Shown here one piece after another: positions 60,874 to 64,000 of a stretch of DNA of 64,000 bases. Both the position numbers and the translations under genes were made by a program. Every line of letters starts with the position of its first letter. Position 1 is the first letter of the stretch. The stretch is taken from contig JAEOUA010000007.1 in assembly GCA_016839555.1 (NCBI GenBank), positions 192,001 to 256,000 of the forward strand, given 5' to 3'. The notes below the pieces were generated by a model. That model was not told the DNA's origin. It was given only the letters and a program-made list of their open reading frames with translations, and ran no database searches. Origin of the DNA: Promethearchaeota archaeon (GTDB lineage Archaea > Asgardarchaeota > Lokiarchaeia > Sigyniarchaeales > SOKP01).

Positions 60874-63627
60874 ATGTCTTTAAAAAAAAAAAATAAAAAC
60901 CAAATAACTAATCAAAACCAAGACGAAGAAACCGAATATGAAGATTGGAAACGACGCTCTAAATCATATAATATGATTTTCATAGCAATTTCTCTATTAG
61001 TATTTGGAATCCTCGGAATGGTCGTAGTAACTCAAATGGATCTTCAACCGGGCTCCCAATTTTCGGATTTTGAAGAAAGATATCCCTTCGAACTAAAACC
61101 TATGCCAGGGCCTGCATTAAGTTTTTCTGGAGGTTCCTTCCCATTAGACTTAGTTCTTTGTCACACAGATACGTATTCTTGGCATGCATGGGAAAAAGAA
61201 TATCCATTACCTAATCTGGGCCTATTGATGTTATTTGATTCTAAAACGGGAGAACAATTAGGGCTTTCCAGGCTGTTTGATGGACCAATTAAGTCTGTAT
61301 TTCCTATCATGGATATGAATGGCGACGGAGTTACTGATTATCTTATTAAAAAAGCGACCGTAGCCCCCACATGGCATTTAAGAGAAATCACCTATGATAT
61401 CGAACGAGCAGAATTAGAACCTCAATTGGAAGAAATAGTAGATGAAGATGCTTATGTAAATAAGATTATAAATGGTTTAACTTTAGCGGATATCAATGGA
61501 ATAAACTATTCTAATTTTTCAATAGTTGATGTAGTTTCCCTAAATAATTTCACTGATTCGAAAGGAGATTTAATATTTTTAGAAGTTAGACCTCATCCTG
61601 TACATGAAAATGAGTATAGTTTATATTTAACAACTTATTTTATTAATGGGACAAATGTAATAAATAAATCAATAGGTTCATATTCTTCATGGGGTGACCC
61701 TGACACAGCTACCTTACCAAAAATAGAATTTTTTAAGTGTAATGGGTCCAATCAATTACTATTTGTCAATCAATCAAATTTTATATTATATAATTTAAGT
61801 TCTTCCAACTTTAATGATATCCTTTTTAATCAGAGTATTAGTGATTGGAATGAAAATAATAGATTTATAAATTATCAGGTTATCAAAGATCTAGATTCTG
61901 ATGGAAATAAAGAAATAGTCTTAATCAAATATAATGGTAATTGTAGTAATCAAGTTCTCCTAATTAATGGGTCTACTGGTCAGAAATTATTTGATTTTGA
62001 AATATACGCGCTTTTTCCTGCAAGTTTGCGTCCTAGAATAGATAATCTATTTGTTAAGGAAATTGGTAATTACCACGATGGAAGAACATATATTTTAATC
62101 GAATATTTTGGCAGGACACAATTATCTGGAATTGACTATTTTGAACTTAAATTTCGATTTACCACAGGTTACATGATTGGGAAAAGCCATTCAACATTTA
62201 TATATGTAGATTATCTTATCAGCCAAGATTGGGTTAATGAAGAACAACAGACGACTGTGCTTGATCAAGATTTAAATTTTGATGGTGTAAATGAAATTAT
62301 AACAATAAATGAAATCCCACCCACCTCCATGCTAAGTCCGATGCAGACGTATCGAATTAACATTAAAGATATTTTTTTTGGAAAAACGTTTTCAACTCTA
62401 AATATAAATTTTGAAGTTAGATCACTCCAAGTTATAAAAGATTTTGATGGAGATGGAATAGTTGATTTATTAGCACGCGGAAGTCAGAGCTTTTCGATTA
62501 TTTCTTCACAAGAGCCTGTTGGAATGTTTTTATCTCCGGCATTTCCCTATAACCTTGGTATCCCGCTTTTTATTCTATTAGTGAGTATTATCATTATAGG
62601 GATTATTTTATTGATTTATTATGGAGGTAAATTCAGGTATACCGTTGAACCTATCAAAGAGAATTTAAGAGCTCTTGCTAAAAAAAAGAAAATGACAATA
62701 TTTACCATTATTTTATCATTAATCACCATATCATTTACATTTTTCCTATTTATGACGATGTTAAATGTATTCAATAGTACACTTGTTGCGGGAAGCTGGA
62801 TAACGGATATTATCATATATGTCCTTTTAATAATGGTTTTTTGGTTTGGGCTCTTGACGTTTACAGCAGCTATTTATAATCTCTTTGCCCCATATTTTGC
62901 TTATTTATTTATTAAATTAAGGGCTTTATTTTTCAAAGTTTCACGAGCGTATACCAATGAATTTTATGTCTTGGATTTAAAGGAAAGAAAGAACCTTGGT
63001 ACATTTTCTAAGCTAAAGAGAGTTATAGTACCTTTATTACTTTCACTTGCGATTGGATTTTATGCATATAACTATTTAGCTCCATTTTTAGGATATAATA
63101 CTACTTTTACTTCTATATCTGTCAATGAGTTCGGATCATTTATAGTAGGTTATATGCTTCTATGCATCCTTCCATTAATCCTTTCATTCCTCGCATTTTC
63201 ATTCTTTAATTCTGGAAATTATTTACTTGATGATGCTGGAATAGTCTATTATCGTGAACCAAAGCGCTATAGGAAGCCCGCAGATGTTGAACCAGTAAGC
63301 ATTTGGGCACAATCCTTAGTGAAGGGTGCTGCTGGGATTTCTGCCTTGATTACCTTCATTGAATTTGCTCTTACTTTAGATGTCCAAACGATGGTTTCAC
63401 AATCAGGAGAAGGAATGATCTTGCTAATGGTGCTTTTATTAATAATATTCTGGGGATTACCCTTTATTACAGGATTTGCTTATGTACTGCTTGCAGAAGA
63501 ATTAATGGACTTTTCTACCGAATATAATAATAGGCGACTCTATAAGCTTATGGAAAAAGGAGGCATTGATCCGACTCTACGAAAAATAACTATCGAGGCT
63601 TCTAAGGAAGTAAAAAAGAAGAGCTAA
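60874..63627 (+). CDS. FG-GAP/VCBS-repeat extracellular domain between an N-terminal TM and a ~7-TM C-terminal domain
   Basis: DMNGDGVTDYL, DLDSDGNKEIV, DLNFDGVNEII, DFDGDGIVDLL; many NxS/T sequons. Confidence 0.82.
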   Translation: MSLKKKNKNQITNQNQDEETEYEDWKRRSKSYNMIFIAISLLVFGILGMVVVTQMDLQPGSQFSDFEERYPFELKPMPGPALSFSGGSFPLDLVLCHTDTYSWHAWEKEYPLPNLGLLMLFDSKTGEQLGLSRLFDGPIKSVFPIMDMNGDGVTDYLIKKATVAPTWHLREITYDIERAELEPQLEEIVDEDAYVNKIINGLTLADINGINYSNFSIVDVVSLNNFTDSKGDLIFLEVRPHPVHENEYSLYLTTYFINGTNVINKSIGSYSSWGDPDTATLPKIEFFKCNGSNQLLFVNQSNFILYNLSSSNFNDILFNQSISDWNENNRFINYQVIKDLDSDGNKEIVLIKYNGNCSNQVLLINGSTGQKLFDFEIYALFPASLRPRIDNLFVKEIGNYHDGRTYILIEYFGRTQLSGIDYFELKFRFTTGYMIGKSHSTFIYVDYLISQDWVNEEQQTTVLDQDLNFDGVNEIITINEIPPTSMLSPMQTYRINIKDIFFGKTFSTLNINFEVRSLQVIKDFDGDGIVDLLARGSQSFSIISSQEPVGMFLSPAFPYNLGIPLFILLVSIIIIGIILLIYYGGKFRYTVEPIKENLRALAKKKKMTIFTIILSLITISFTFFLFMTMLNVFNSTLVAGSWITDIIIYVLLIMVFWFGLLTFTAAIYNLFAPYFAYLFIKLRALFFKVSRAYTNEFYVLDLKERKNLGTFSKLKRVIVPLLLSLAIGFYAYNYLAPFLGYNTTFTSISVNEFGSFIVGYMLLCILPLILSFLAFSFFNSGNYLLDDAGIVYYREPKRYRKPADVEPVSIWAQSLVKGAAGISALITFIEFALTLDVQTMVSQSGEGMILLMVLLLIIFWGLPFITGFAYVLLAEELMDFSTEYNNRRLYKLMEKGGIDPTLRKITIEASKEVKKKS

Positions 63628-63815
63628 CTAATAGAAAATATATTATTATCTAAATATTCATTTTTTTTTATTTTTATTAGCACCAAATAATCAATTATTA
63701 AAATTGAAAAAAAATTGAATTATTTCTAAATTTTTTTAATTTCAATTTTTATAGAAATTTCTTATTCGAATTATCCACAAATTATAAAAAATAAAATTAA
63801 AAGAGTAGTAATTTT

Positions 63816-64000
63816 TTAAATATCTGATTTAAAATAATACGCAGGAACTCCCACTTCAGCTATACCCCCATCACATGGAATATTGTGTCCCGTCATGAAA
63901 TTGGAAAGAGGAGATGCTAAAAATAATGAAGTATTAACCACATCTTCGACCGTTCCCATACGATTTAATGGCGTTTTTACATGCCCTTCATCCATTGTCA
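63816..64000 (-). CDS. C-terminal end of a classical SDR (FabG-like), 5' end outside window
   Basis: Manual translation: TPLNRMGTVEDVVNTSLFLASPLSNFMTGHNIPCDGG...KSDI*. Confidence 0.88.
   Translation of the reverse strand, partial: TMDEGHVKTPLNRMGTVEDVVNTSLFLASPLSNFMTGHNIPCDGGIAEVGVPAYYFKSDI

Noticed and set aside
884-62816. Short antisense or overlapping ORFs in the track (e.g. 884-1174, 3516-3857, 8811-9191, 14909-15196, 31048-31341, 40907-41140, 47082-47468, 62619-62816)
   Set aside because: Shadows of well-supported genes, with no motifs of their own
1-64000. CRISPR arrays, rRNA, tRNA, transposases, integrases
   Set aside because: No spaced repeat arrays, GC-rich RNA genes or recombinase motifs seen by eye

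Overview
Very AT-rich, gene-dense archaeal DNA, most consistent with an Asgard archaeon (Lokiarchaeia-like). This rests on the co-occurrence of a Rag/Arf-like small GTPase, a tandem Roadblock protein, several longin/uDENN-like proteins, three CSN5/Rpn11-like MPN proteins, PAC2 proteasome chaperones, archaeal SUI1 and GGTGA-type Shine-Dalgarno motifs. I saw no rRNA, tRNA, CRISPR array or transposase. Metabolic and housekeeping genes include a corrinoid protein/MtaA-like pair, SufC/SufB (SMS-type), threonine synthase, HisJ, PepD, GDPD and a lipid-related redox cluster. Most notable observations: (1) an operonic pair of MPN+coiled-coil paralogues, one with an intact JAMM site and one degenerate, echoing Rpn11/Rpn8, CSN5/CSN6 and BRCC36/Abraxas, plus a third active paralogue nearby; (2) the SUI1/aIF1 gene has no in-frame ATG/GTG/TTG before its conserved Cys-rich N-terminus and probably starts at AUU, suggesting infC/eIF1-like autoregulation; (3) an MFS-like 12-TM protein fused to a longin domain, next to a uDENN/winged-helix protein and a 7TM protein, a possible transporter-to-GTPase sensing module; (4) a KDSR (3-ketodihydrosphingosine reductase)-like SDR beside an SCP2/lipocalin/FAD-oxidoreductase operon; (5) an FG-GAP propeller fused to a ~7-TM domain. 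All family calls come from motif recognition by eye; no searches were run.
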